This document shows positions 12,577 through 23,430 of a DNA stretch of 64,000 nucleotides, in pieces. Numbering within the stretch: the first letter of the stretch is position 1; every line of letters starts with the position of its first letter. The stretch is from Laetmonice hystrix (Eukaryota): NCBI GenBank assembly GCA_965235115.1, contig OZ249436.1, positions 33,358,001 through 33,422,000 of the forward strand. The letters are read 5' to 3'. The translations under genes were made by a program, and so were the position numbers. Under the pieces are notes generated by a model. It was not told where the DNA came from, ran no database searches, and saw only the letters and a program-made list of their open reading frames with translations.

Positions 12577-12672
12577 GGTGACGTTCGCAGTGCGGACCAG
12601 GTGAGAGAAGCTCTGCAAGGAGTCTCATGCGTCTACCACCTGGCCTCCTACGGAATGTCAGGCCGCGAACAG
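12577..12672 (+). CDS. SDR42E1: SDR42E1-like coding exon 2 (GDVRSADQVREALQGVSCVYHLASYGMSGREQ)
   Basis: TAG acceptor, GTAGGT donor, 96 nt in frame with exon 1; HxASYGMSGREQ is characteristic of SDR42E proteins. Confidence 0.9.
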
Positions 12673-15600
12673 GTAGGTCACCTTTCCATCGTCTACAGTC
12701 CCTGGGATTCCACTGGGTGTAGGGGGCTCTTGACTGAGGGGAATTGTCAACCCTCATCAAAATACTTGTAGGAGTCTCTGGGTGGATGCATAAGTGGGCT
12801 TGCAATGTTTGTAGGCACACTATCTTGCAATTTTACAAATGATAGTGACGCTCACTATTCAACAATCATGAGAAGAAAGGCAATGAAGGGTGTAAGGACC
12901 ATGTGAGGTCGCACAGGTTTCAAACCAGTTGAGTAGAGAGTAATAATTTTAGAAAATTCTGAATAACTTCTGTTCATCTCCGGCAGGAGGGCGGAAGTGG
13001 GAACAAAAACAAGTGTTCTCTGGGACAGGCAGGGGGAGAACAAATCCACACCAGGATCCACACATCAGTGGGCAGCCTGTGTAAAAGATTTAAGGCTTAT
13101 GTTTTAAATATACATGTATTGTAATTTGTTGAATGACAAAAGACTACGGTATTTTTGACCTGATAACAAGCAGCACCTGATGTGGCATGCACCAGAAGTA
13201 GTCAAACGATGGTGGTGGGTAGACGACAGGAAAGACTGTAACTAATTACAATACTGAGAGCTACGGACCAGGTTATAACCAGTTTGTTGATAGCGTGCGA
13301 ACCGGCAGCCACAGTCAGGCGACGCCTGATGGACCGTTTCCCGCGACCAGTCCTCTCTTTCCCTATTTCCTTCACTGACCGACCCGGCGATTGTGAACAG
13401 TAAAAACGAGCCCAAGCCCCGCCCGTCCCCAGCGTGGGTCTATTCCATGTGACTTTTGACGATTGAGTGAGACAGCGGGACGACGATGATTGAAATGGGT
13501 GCGGGCCTCATCGGATGAAGTCTAGTGGTGGGCGGCACGCGGCCTGGCAGCCTCCTGCACGGATATATGGAGATAAAGCCGTCTAGACATGGACGGCGAC
13601 GTTCCGGAGACAAGCTAACTCCACAGCTCGACGAGGAGATAATCACACGGGACCTTGTTGAGGCAGACACCGTCAGTGGTCGTCAGCTCGGCTTCAATCC
13701 CTCAATTACTGACGTAATCTTCTCCAAAGAGACGCTAATGAAATTGAAAGTATTTCTAGTCACTTTGAGATGTAGAGTCAAGAGTAAAGAAGACATTTCA
13801 AGATAGCCTCGAGTATGAATTTGAGGTTTGACGTTTTACAAACTATTCTATCTCTGTAGTCGGTATTCTATATCTTTTTTTTCATAACCTACCTGAAGAC
13901 AAAGGAAGGTTTAGGTAGTGGTATTGCTAATTGTTTAACCTTTTGTCATAAACATTGACATAAATGCCCTTGCTGTTGACCTTTCAGTTTAATCTATGAG
14001 ATAAGTCTTGGAAGTTCTCATGAATGAGATCCGATGTGAGATGTCATTTAACAGTTTACCGGCGTCGTCGTTAGGTGACTTTTAAAGGTCAAGTGAATGT
14101 CACAAACGTTCCAACGCGCTGACCAGGGAAACCGTAAAGCTACTTCCTTTTATAAGTCATAAACATAGATCAAATACCGTTCATTTACTCCGGACACTAC
14201 TTCCTGTTGACCCGCAGACAAAAAATAAATTGCCACGTCTCCTCGTTTTATCATACGCATACTACAATGAGTGACACTTCATACGGCGGGAAGCTGCCCT
14301 AGCCGTAGTCGGAACCAGCCATCTACCCCCATTACGGCGGCAAATTTACACTCCCGCCGACTCTACTCCGCCGTCTATTTAGATACCCGTGGTCATGCCT
14401 CGCAGTCTCATCTGTCCAGATTACGTCTCTGATGTCTACTTCATTTTCACTGCGAAGTGGTGAATAGGGAGTAGTTTTCCCGAAAGTTCCTGGCATCATC
14501 CAGGCACATTATTTTATAATTGTCTTCAGGCTTTGCTGCTGAGGTAGTTTAATCATTACCGTCGTAATGTTTAATAATGACCAGAATTTGTCGTCTTCCA
14601 TTACTGTTGTAATGTAACTTATTATGGCCAGGGTCAGTGTGTATACGTTATTCGTACATACTGGTAGTATATGTAATACATAGTCACAAATTGTCAAGCA
14701 TGCATGTTGGTATCAACAAATGCCTTTCTTGTTCATTCTGTTAAACATCTTCTTTTATGAAGTATTTTCAATCTTCATAAAATTGCATATTCTGTTATAA
14801 AAAAGGGGCTCGTTAGATACTTTGGTATATTTAAATGTTGAGGCATTATTGACCTTCAGTATGGGGTTATCTAGCCCGCCATGACCACCCCATACCCTTC
14901 ACTATTAGTGTCATATTGACCCAGTAGATGATGGATATGGTGCACTCTTAACTGTCCAGAAAACATACATAGACTCATGATCATGCATATTTCAGAAGGG
15001 CCGGAGGACACAGTAGCTTTATGCTGCATACTCTGGCCCTCGAGATTTGCAGGCGACCAGCCACCTCTCTTGTCTGCTCTCAATGCCGACAAAAAAACTT
15101 TCCCTTTTGGGGGGGTTGGGGGGTTGCTGTAAATGTAACCGACCCGTGTGTGTGTGAGGGGATGAGGAGGGGATAGGCCAGGACGTGGTCAGTGAAAGAC
15201 TCCAATTCCCCAGGGAACTGCCATGAATAGTCGGCTGCCTTGACGTGGGCTCCGAAGGAATCGCTGAAATGTTGTATATGCATCAGCTTTCGGGTGGATA
15301 TAGAGAGGTGTACCGAACACCCACCCTCTGATTGAGTGTTGTAGGAGCAGCCAGGGCAGCCTGGCCGTGAAAACTACAGTGTCCCGTAAGGACAATTTCC
15401 ATCGGTCGTTTTGGTGAGTAAATTGGACAGAGAAGGAGGGGGGTGTGACTGGATCAAAGAACCCTCGATCCAGAACATTATGGATTTTTGTGGGTCATCC
15501 TATTTGCCTGGTACTCACAAGGGCAACGAAGTATCCGAACGGCCAAGGGAGTAGGTTTTACCTGCATATGGAAATGGGATGTAAACGTGAGATTATATGA

Positions 15601-18001
15601 CGAGTAGAATATTGCATGCGATAGTTAAGATGGCTGTAAAATTGAATGCACTTCCTCAAAATGGAACGGTTAAAGTGAACTTGTGGCCCTCAATTGCGTG
15701 TTCCCTTAAAATAATACATAAATGGTACAGAAGTAGTACAAAAGCCGGACAAAGAAACAAAAAATCGTTGTCACTGGAGATAGGTATTCATTGAGAAAGC
15801 ATTTCAGGAAGGCCTTCTGTTACTCAAATATTCACTTCAGTTACCCCCAACAGAAGCACCGATGAGCACAAAATACTCAGTCTGGTTTTCACCATCGTAT
15901 TTGAATACGTGCACCGCCCTTTCATTCCTTCCTCAGATCCCAGTCAATCTGACAGAGGCAAACTGACTCTTGTTATCCTTGCTACCCCTGAGTTTACAGA
16001 CGGGCAACAAGAAGTTTCACTAGTAGTCGGAGCCCCAGACCCCAAAAATGGCATTTTTTCGACACGGAATGGTAGAAAATTTCCAATGGTACTAGATCAA
16101 AGAGAAACCCATGGGGGTTTATGCATCAGGGTCAAAAAGGTCCAGATGTGTTGCCGTTGCCATGGAAACGGTTTAGAACTTGGTTTTGGGCCAAATTTTA
16201 CTAAATTCACTTTTTATTAAATAATTCTGGAACAAAGATTCACATTTTAACCAAACCTTGTAGGATGCTGGTTAGAGAAATGCTCCTTCAGAATGTTCTT
16301 GCTTTTGACCTTTGACCCCAAGGTCAAGGTCACCGGAACTCAAAGAATGGCTAAAAATGGGGTATTTTAAACATATGACTTAGGACAGTTTCAAAATGAG
16401 ATAGAAAAAAATGACAGAGACTATTTTGGTGTATGCCATTGGAAAGAGGAGACGATTCTGCTTTAGTGTACCAAATATTATCCAGATCTGTGCATATTTA
16501 CCTCTGTTACCAGTTGTTTCATTACATAGCTGCATAGTGCCCATATCATCATTATGCCTATATCGTCCAGGTTTTGCATGGATCTAGTGTGGAGGGTAAG
16601 TCCACTCAGACCAAAGAATCGTTCATTTTGTGATAAAGTCATGAAATTTGGCATGTGTATGTATACATTAACATGTGCTTAAAAAACCTAGACCAATTGG
16701 CATCCAAAACAAAATAAAATTGGGGCTGTTTTGGGTTTCTGTTGCCTAGCAACAGTAGCATGCTTAGCAACCAGCTTTTTATATGGCTCCATGGAGAAAA
16801 GAAAACACTTATCTTGACTAAAGTGATATTAGGGGTTCCTGTGGTCACATCAGTCATTTCGTAATACCAGCCCGTTGCCTAGCAACAGACATGAATATTG
16901 AAATTTCCGTAGCAACCGGCTGCTCCAACCTAATATATATATAGATTTAAGAAGAAAAACCAGCACAAATCAGTGTCCAACATATCATTGTATATATTAT
17001 ATAGTCAGGTAGAATGTTACTGTTGCCTAGCAATAGAGTTTGATGCCCCACCTGAGATTTTTAGCCCCCACAACGGGGGGCTTATAATTCGCCCTCCGTC
17101 CGTACGTACGTACATGTGTACATGTACGTGTCCGTAGACAGCGATTTCTCAGAAGTGTATAGGTCGATTAACGATCGGGGATGATCTGAGTATGATGCAC
17201 GTCAAAGAGATCTTTTATATCATTCACATTCACATAATTTACATCCAAGATGGCCGCCTTGGCTTGGATGTAAACACATTTTGAGTAATAACTCAGCCAA
17301 AACAATCACGATTTCTTTCAAACCTGGTACAGGATGGACGCATAATCATGGCCAATAATGCATCGCAATGTAATCTCAATTCAGATCCAAAATGGCCACA
17401 TGGCGGCCATATTTGTTTTTTGACCCCACAATGACACTGTTTTGGCTTATATCTCGAAAACGGTGCAAGATGACGCAATAGTTACTATTATTGATAGATA
17501 GGAAGTCATATATGAAGTTTCATTTGGCATCATTTGCCATGACCTTGAGCGACCTTGAAAGGTCAATCAAGGTCATGCATATTTAATGGCCTGTACCTCC
17601 AAACCAGTTGAAGATAACAACATGTAATCTTGCATGAAACATGACATAATAACCTGGGACAGTCTAAGGAGGACACATGTCAAACATATCATTAAAAATG
17701 GCTGCTTGGTGGCCATCTTGGCTATAAAGAAATTCGAAGCAATAACTCTGACATTTTCTGGATTTCGTTTTTGGTGACAGAAGGCGTGAGGGGCAACAAC
17801 CGTGCCAAAAGTACGCATAGTTCCTGGACCCACAGATATTAGACCGTTTCCAAGTAACTTCCAAGACGCCCGGTTGTTGCTAGGTCTGTGAAACGCACCC
17901 TAACAACGCGTTCTTACTGTGTGTGTCAGTTAGACTTATTGTCCAGATTAAGTACAGATTTTGTTGGCTTTTGTGCATTGTGAGATACAATCTTAAGCCA
18001 A

Positions 18002-18500
18002 ATGGATAAGTTCGATAAATGGACTCTCCCTGGGTTGAAAAAGTACCTACAGGAGCGTAGAGTTGCCGTCACAGGGAACAAGAACTTGAAGAAGGGAACT
18101 TTAGTTTCTCTTTGCAAGAGTTTTTCAGAACAGAACTTGGACGTGCATGGCCGTGCCCAAGGGGGGTTTTGGGTGTCTGTAACCCCCCTGGGACCCCCCC
18201 CCCCGCACCAATCTCTGGGCACGGGCCTGACGTGGATCCAGACTTCAGTACTTCCAATGTGGCTGATGAGATATCCAAAAGGTTGAGTTCACTGGGGATC
18301 AAGGTGATTTGTTTACTCTACAAGGATTCAAGGATTCACGGATGACCTCAGCAGTGCGCCACTACTCACAGTTCGTGATATTTTTAATTATCTGATCTGC
18401 AGTCTGGCTGATCACTATGATGGAGAGAACTTGAATGCCTATCAAAAGAGCTTCGGTGATCGCTGTCTGACAGTTGATGGGCACGTTTGCGGACTAGAGT
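18002..18500 (+). pseudogene. Degenerate transposon accessory ORF (SAP-like N-terminus; IFNYLI..YD.ENL.AY motif)
   Basis: WTLPGLKKYLQERRVAVTG..K..LVSLC; removing the 18146-18229 MITE and one TSD copy restores the frame (..QNLDVDPDF..); later stops and frameshifts. Confidence 0.55.
18146..18229. mobile_element. 84-bp MITE with 5-bp TSD
   Basis: Imperfect TIR CATGGCCGTGCCCA / TGGGCACGGGCCTG; TSD ACGTG at 18141-18145 and 18230-18234. Confidence 0.75.
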
Positions 18501-19735
18501 AATGGTACTCTTTCATGGTATTTAAAGAAAATAACAGATGAATCAGAGAAACTGTGTCCTAGTTGCATTCAGATATCCCAGTCATGCTTGATGTCTAGAG
18601 GGGAGACAGATCAACCCAGAGAGGCACTGGAAGCAGACCTTTAAAGTTATAACATCACTTCATTCTGTTGAGACAGGGTGTGGCGTCTATATAGTTGTTG
18701 TTAAAAGAACATTACTGTTTGGTTATTACTAAAATGAGCTCCCTGAGCCAAACAATGAGGGTAGGTGTGAACCCTACAAAGAGGAGGGTCGGGTGCGTGC
18801 ATGACTTGTTAAGTGTGGCGCACACAATGACACATTGAGATGTGTCACAAGATTGACTCAACACAGCGAACAGTACCAGAACAGAGAAAAATCCTTCTTT
18901 TGGAGGGCATTCTGTTATTATTTATTTCCTCCCGTGGCCGCTTTTCTTGTGGCCCATATCGTAGGCCTACTGTTGCAAAGTCCCCACAAACACGTTGACA
19001 TGTTCTGCTATTGTCGCCCGCTGTTTGTCTCATACATTGGACAAAACGTGGTAATTTTCTCCTCGGCTGTATGCAAACCTCTGTTCTAACAAATTGTACT
19101 TGTTCCTGGAGTATAATCCTTGACCTGTTGGTGATAGTGGTTGTGTTTTATACAGAAGCTACCTTGTACAATTTTAAGGTTGTCCGTGCCGTAGCGTGTA
19201 ATGCTAGTTAATGGGCATAGGCTGCTTGCTTCATAGACCTCGGCTGGTTGCTAGGCGTTGCGGGGGCCGGGGGCCAATCTTGGAAATAGTCTAGTCCCTA
19301 CTCAGTTGGTGGCCTGTGACTCTATAAGCTTCACAAGCTTGTTTAGATGGTGGACATCATGCTAAGCCGTCTCTTTGAGTGGAGCTTCTGGGGAGGACTT
19401 AAGGCGGGGCAGACAACCAAACCAATTGTACAGCTCATAATAAACACATAATATTTTTTGCTTAGCGCAACCTGGGACCATCATCTTTATTTTAAGATAA
19501 GAAAACATTCTGAATCCTTCCTGGCATGGCTGGTTTAGGATCATGTTGCTTAGCAATATTATGCTTAGCAACCAGTTTCATATGGTCCCTACCCCCCCCC
19601 CCCCCCGCTAAAGTGCTATCAGAGATTAACATGGTAACATCAGTTATTTCGTAGCACTAGCCTGCTGCCTAGCAATAGATATGCAGTCTGAAATTCCCTT
19701 AGCAACGGTCTGCTCTAACCTCATATAGGCTGTAG

Positions 19736-20529
19736 CAGGGTGCCAAGTGCCCCTAAAATTCGTAAAATTCCTAAAAGAATTTTGCTCAGCCCTAAAAATT
19801 CCTAATCTGAGCCATTTTTTCCTAAATTCCTAAATTTGTCTGTTTCAAATGGGTGTCCGACCACAAACGTGAGTGCCATTCAAAGTTTACGTGCAACAGA
19901 GCCATGCCTTTAGACCTAGCATCAGGTCAGAATGGCATAGTGCTTTGATGGTCAGTTCATGGAAGGTATTGTGCACGTCAACTTTGCTGATGGTCGTTTA
20001 ATGACTGTATCCTTTATAGTCTGTTCCAGAGGGGTCAGGTAAGACTGGATGTCTGGCGTATTTGGTATGCATTTGACACTCCAACTACGTTGCTACGCTC
20101 ATATCCTACACACAAAACCTCTAGAGATGGCTGTTTACCGTAAAAATCACCTTTTCACCTATGTTAGGCATCACTTTCTGCTCAAAATACATCTGAAATA
20201 ACCCTTAATTTCATTTTTTTCGGGGGTGGCTCCCCATATCCCCCAGCAGAAGGGGGATATCCCCCTCCTGTACCTTACCCTGCGTCCTGGCACGCGACAC
20301 GTGCCCTGACTGTGCCACTTTGGGGCATGGGGCTGAATGTTGCTACGCAAAAAAAAGGTAATGTTGGCAGGTCTGGTAACTTACTGAATTCATATCAATT
20401 CTCCAGAAATTTGGCTACGATAGGTTGTAACTAGTTCCTAAAAATTCCTAAACCTATGGGAAAATCCCCTAATTCCTAAGGGTGAGCCAAAATCTCCTAA
20501 AAAGTTCTCTGAGGTGGCTTTACACCCTG
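19736..20529. mobile_element. hAT-like non-autonomous element inside the Academ-like element
   Basis: CAGGGTG...CACCCTG ends, subterminal CCTAAAA repeats at both ends, flanks CTGTAG/CTGTAT. Confidence 0.65.
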
Positions 20530-20604
20530 CTGTATTTTTCTCTTTTTTTTTAAATGCACGGGCATCAGGGGTAACCCAATTACTTTGACAATGTCCCTAA
20601 AGAG

Positions 20605-20710
20605 AAAAGTTGTATAGTCCTCTACAGGAATCGAACCCCGGCCCCAAGATTACTGCACCCATTCGCATAGCATAAGGTGTCGACACCCATGCCCACTCGG
20701 CCACCGCCAC
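20605..20710 (-). ncRNA. tRNA-derived Pol III-type unit (SINE head or pseudo-tRNA), copy 1
   Basis: A box TGGCCGAGTGG (20703-20693), B box GGTTCGATTCC (20637-20627), TTTT downstream; no acceptor stem. Confidence 0.55.
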
Positions 20711-20937
20711 TCCCCTATAAAAAGGAGCTTTTGTGGTCGAGCAGGACAATGGACCCTCCCCCCTACACACATCTTCCGAAATGAGACGGAATCCATATTT
20801 TCCTAGATAGAGCTACACATGATTTCTACGAACATTCACTGTTAAGGTCATCCTGGCACTGGCGTAGACTGTGTTTTTCTTTTGAAATGCACGGGCATCA
20901 GGCGTAACCCAGTTACTTTGACAATGTCCCTAAAGAG

Positions 20938-21043
20938 AAAAGTCGTATAGTCCTCTATAGGAATCGAACCCCGGCCCCAAGATTACTGCACCTATTCGCA
21001 TAGCATAAGGTATCGACGCCCATGCCCACTCGGCCACCGCCAC
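20938..21043 (-). ncRNA. tRNA-derived Pol III-type unit, copy 2 (333 bp from copy 1)
   Basis: A box 21036-21026, B box 20970-20960; part of a direct duplication 20530-20755 / 20869-21085. Confidence 0.55.
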
Positions 21044-21239
21044 CTCCCTAAAAAAGGAAGCTTTGGTGGTCGAGCAGGACAATGGATGATTAGGCCCCAC
21101 CTGCCATTTATAACTTTGAAGTCGGGTAAGTATGCTTTTACATTTCCACTCTGTTAATTGTAGCCATTTCCATAGAAAACCCAGGAGCAACTTTTTTAAG
21201 TGACTTTTTAAAGAGGTAAAGGAGTAAAGTAAAGAAGTA

Positions 21240-21435
21240 ACAGTCAGGTGGGGTATATAGGTTCCTAATCATTACACGCAGGTCGCGTATATTTAGGGGC
21301 CTAATGACTACAGTCAGGTAAGGTCCTAATCACTAGTCAGGTGGGGTATATAGGGGCCTAATCACTACAGGCAGCTGGGGTATAGTTCCTAATCACTACA
21401 GTCAGGTGGGGTATATAGTGGCCTAATCACTACAG
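21240..21435. repeat. Degenerate ~33-bp tandem repeat
   Basis: Unit approximately CAGTCAGGTGGGGTATATAGGGGCCTAATCACTA, ~6 copies. Confidence 0.8.
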
Positions 21436-23329
21436 CCTATTAGGTTAGAGCAGACCGTTGCTAAGGAAATTTCAGACTGCATATCTATTGCTGGGCAACA
21501 GGCTAGTGCTACAAAATAACTGATGTTACCATGTTAATCTCTGATTTGGGGGGGGGGGGGTAGGTGCCATTGTTTTTATTTCCTGGGACCATATTATGAA
21601 ACTGGTTGCTAAGCATACTACTGTTGCTAATCAACATGATCCTAAACCAGCCATGTGTTAATTATGAGCTGTACAATTGGTTTGGTTGTCTGCCCCACCT
21701 TAAGTCCACCCCAAAAGCTCCACTCAAAGAGACGGCTTAGCTTGATGTCCACCATCTAAAAAATCCCAGCTGCAGCTTCATACTCTATTGCTAGGCAACA
21801 GTAACATTCTACCTGACTATATATATATACAATAAAATGTTGGACACTGAGTTGTGCTGGTTTTTCTTCTTAAATCTATATATATTAGGTTGGAGCAGCC
21901 GGTTGCTAAGGAAATTTCAATATTCATGTCTGTTGCTAGGCAACGGGCTGGTATTACGAAATGACTGATGTGACCACAGGAACCCCTAATATCACTTTAG
22001 TCAAGATAAGTGTTTTCTTTTCTCCATGGAGCCATATAAAAAGCTGGTTGCTAAGCATGCTACTGTTGCTAGGCAACAGAAACCCAAAACAGCCCCAATT
22101 TTATTTTTTTTGGATGCCAATTGGTCTAGGTTTTTTAAGCACATGTTAATGTATACATACACATGCCAAATTTCATGACTTTATCACAAAATGAACGATT
22201 CTTTGGTCTGAGTGGACTTACCCTCCACACTAGATCCATGCAAAACCTGGACGATATAGGCATAATGATGACATGGGCACTATGCAGCTATGTAATGAAA
22301 CAACTGGTAACAGAGGTAAATATGCACAGATCTGGAAAATATTTGGTACACTAAAGCAGAATCGTCTCCTCTTTCCAATGGCATACACCAAAATAGTCTC
22401 TGTCATTTTTTTCTATCTCATTTTGAAACTGTCCTAAGTCATATGTTTAAAATACCCCATTTTTAGCCATTCTTTGAGTTCCGGTGACCTTGACCTTGGG
22501 GTCAAAGGTCAAAAGCAAGAACATTCTGAAGGAGCATTTCTCTAACCAGCATCCTACAAGGTTTCGTTAAAATGTGAATCTTTTTTCCAGAATTATTTAA
22601 TAAAAAGTGAATTTAGTAAAATTTGACCCAAAACCAAGTTCTAAACCGTTTCCATGGCAACGGCAACACATCTGGACCTTTTTAACCCTGATGCATAAAC
22701 CCCCATGGGTTTCTCTTTGATCTAGTACCATTGGAAATTTTCTACCATTCCGTGTCGAAAAAATGCCATTTTTGGGGTCTGGGGCTCCGACTATAGTCAA
22801 TATATTCATTCCCAGACACTGCAACAAAGTGCAGAACATATTCTATAGCATATATTTTCTTTTCATTTTGTCTAACAAAAGTTAATTTTTTTCATGAACC
22901 CGCTGCCAACATATTTTATGTGACTCTATAATGCTCCACAGATTGCTTCGTTCAGCAGGGCCTGGGTAAAGTGAGTCTGTTGTGGGACATTAAGGGGCGG
23001 GCAGTCTGGCTGATGGTTGGGTTTGGTGTGTGCCGTCGGGTGACACAGGCGGCAGTCTGTGTGAGGGGACACGAGCTGTCTGACGGCCGTCACTTCGCTT
23101 TCATCCCGGGGCCGGAGTGGCCAGGCCTGATAGTGACCGGTGTATAGCAAGCCGCACAGAGCAGGGATAAAGCCCCACAAAGGCGTTATCTGACCCAGGC
23201 TGACGCTCCTCTGACATGTCTGACCTCCGCCTTTTGAGGGTCACTTGTCAGCAGGCTCCGGGTGACTGGCACCTATAGACAGGGTCTGAGGCTGGCAGGG
23301 TGCTCCGGTCGGTCCGTACCTCAGAAAGT

Positions 23330-23430
23330 AACTGCCAGCCGCGCCCAACCTTGAGTATGTACTGCCAGCATCTCACAGGGCAAAAGCAGATATTCTACCA
23401 AGGTCCAAAAGTAGCGACCGCTTATCAGAA
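23330..23430 (+). mobile_element. Possible CR1-type LINE RT C-terminal scrap
   Basis: PNLEYVLPA...DIL then frameshifted KVQK*RPLI, resembling RPHLEYA..W...LEKVQRRATRLI. Confidence 0.3.

Larger units (their letters stand above)
17840..19293. mobile_element. Deleted ISL2EU/Harbinger-related DNA transposon relic
   Basis: TIR TAGACYRTTTCCAAG at both ends; convergent degenerate ORFs: SAP-like protein on + from 18002 and THAP-like start MSTCLWGLCNS on - near 19001. Confidence 0.6.
17061..19342 (+). mobile_element. Helentron-type non-autonomous element (HINE/DINE-like) inserted in the left arm
   Basis: Inserted in a T-run (empty site visible in the right arm); 5' hairpin AGCCCCC..GGGGGCT followed by GTCC/GTAC microsatellite; 3' hairpin AAGCTTcacAAGCTT then GTT; no TSD. 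Confidence 0.65.
16024..22793. mobile_element. Large non-autonomous DNA transposon, Academ-like, with ~1.37-kb inverted arms
   Basis: Termini TAGTCGGAGCCCC / GGGGCTCCGACTA; 3-bp TSD TAG (16021-16023, 22794-22796); right arm ~21428-22793 mirrors left arm 16024-~17060 plus ~19343-19735; no own transposase ORF. The family call is inferred from TAG termini, 3-bp TSD and long TIRs. Confidence 0.8.

Noticed and set aside
15189..15395. TTFQRFLRSP as a DIRS tyrosine recombinase C-terminus
   Set aside because: Catalytic Tyr and upstream HxxR motif are absent
20605..21043. Functional tRNA genes
   Set aside because: A and B boxes are present, but there is no acceptor stem or proper anticodon arm
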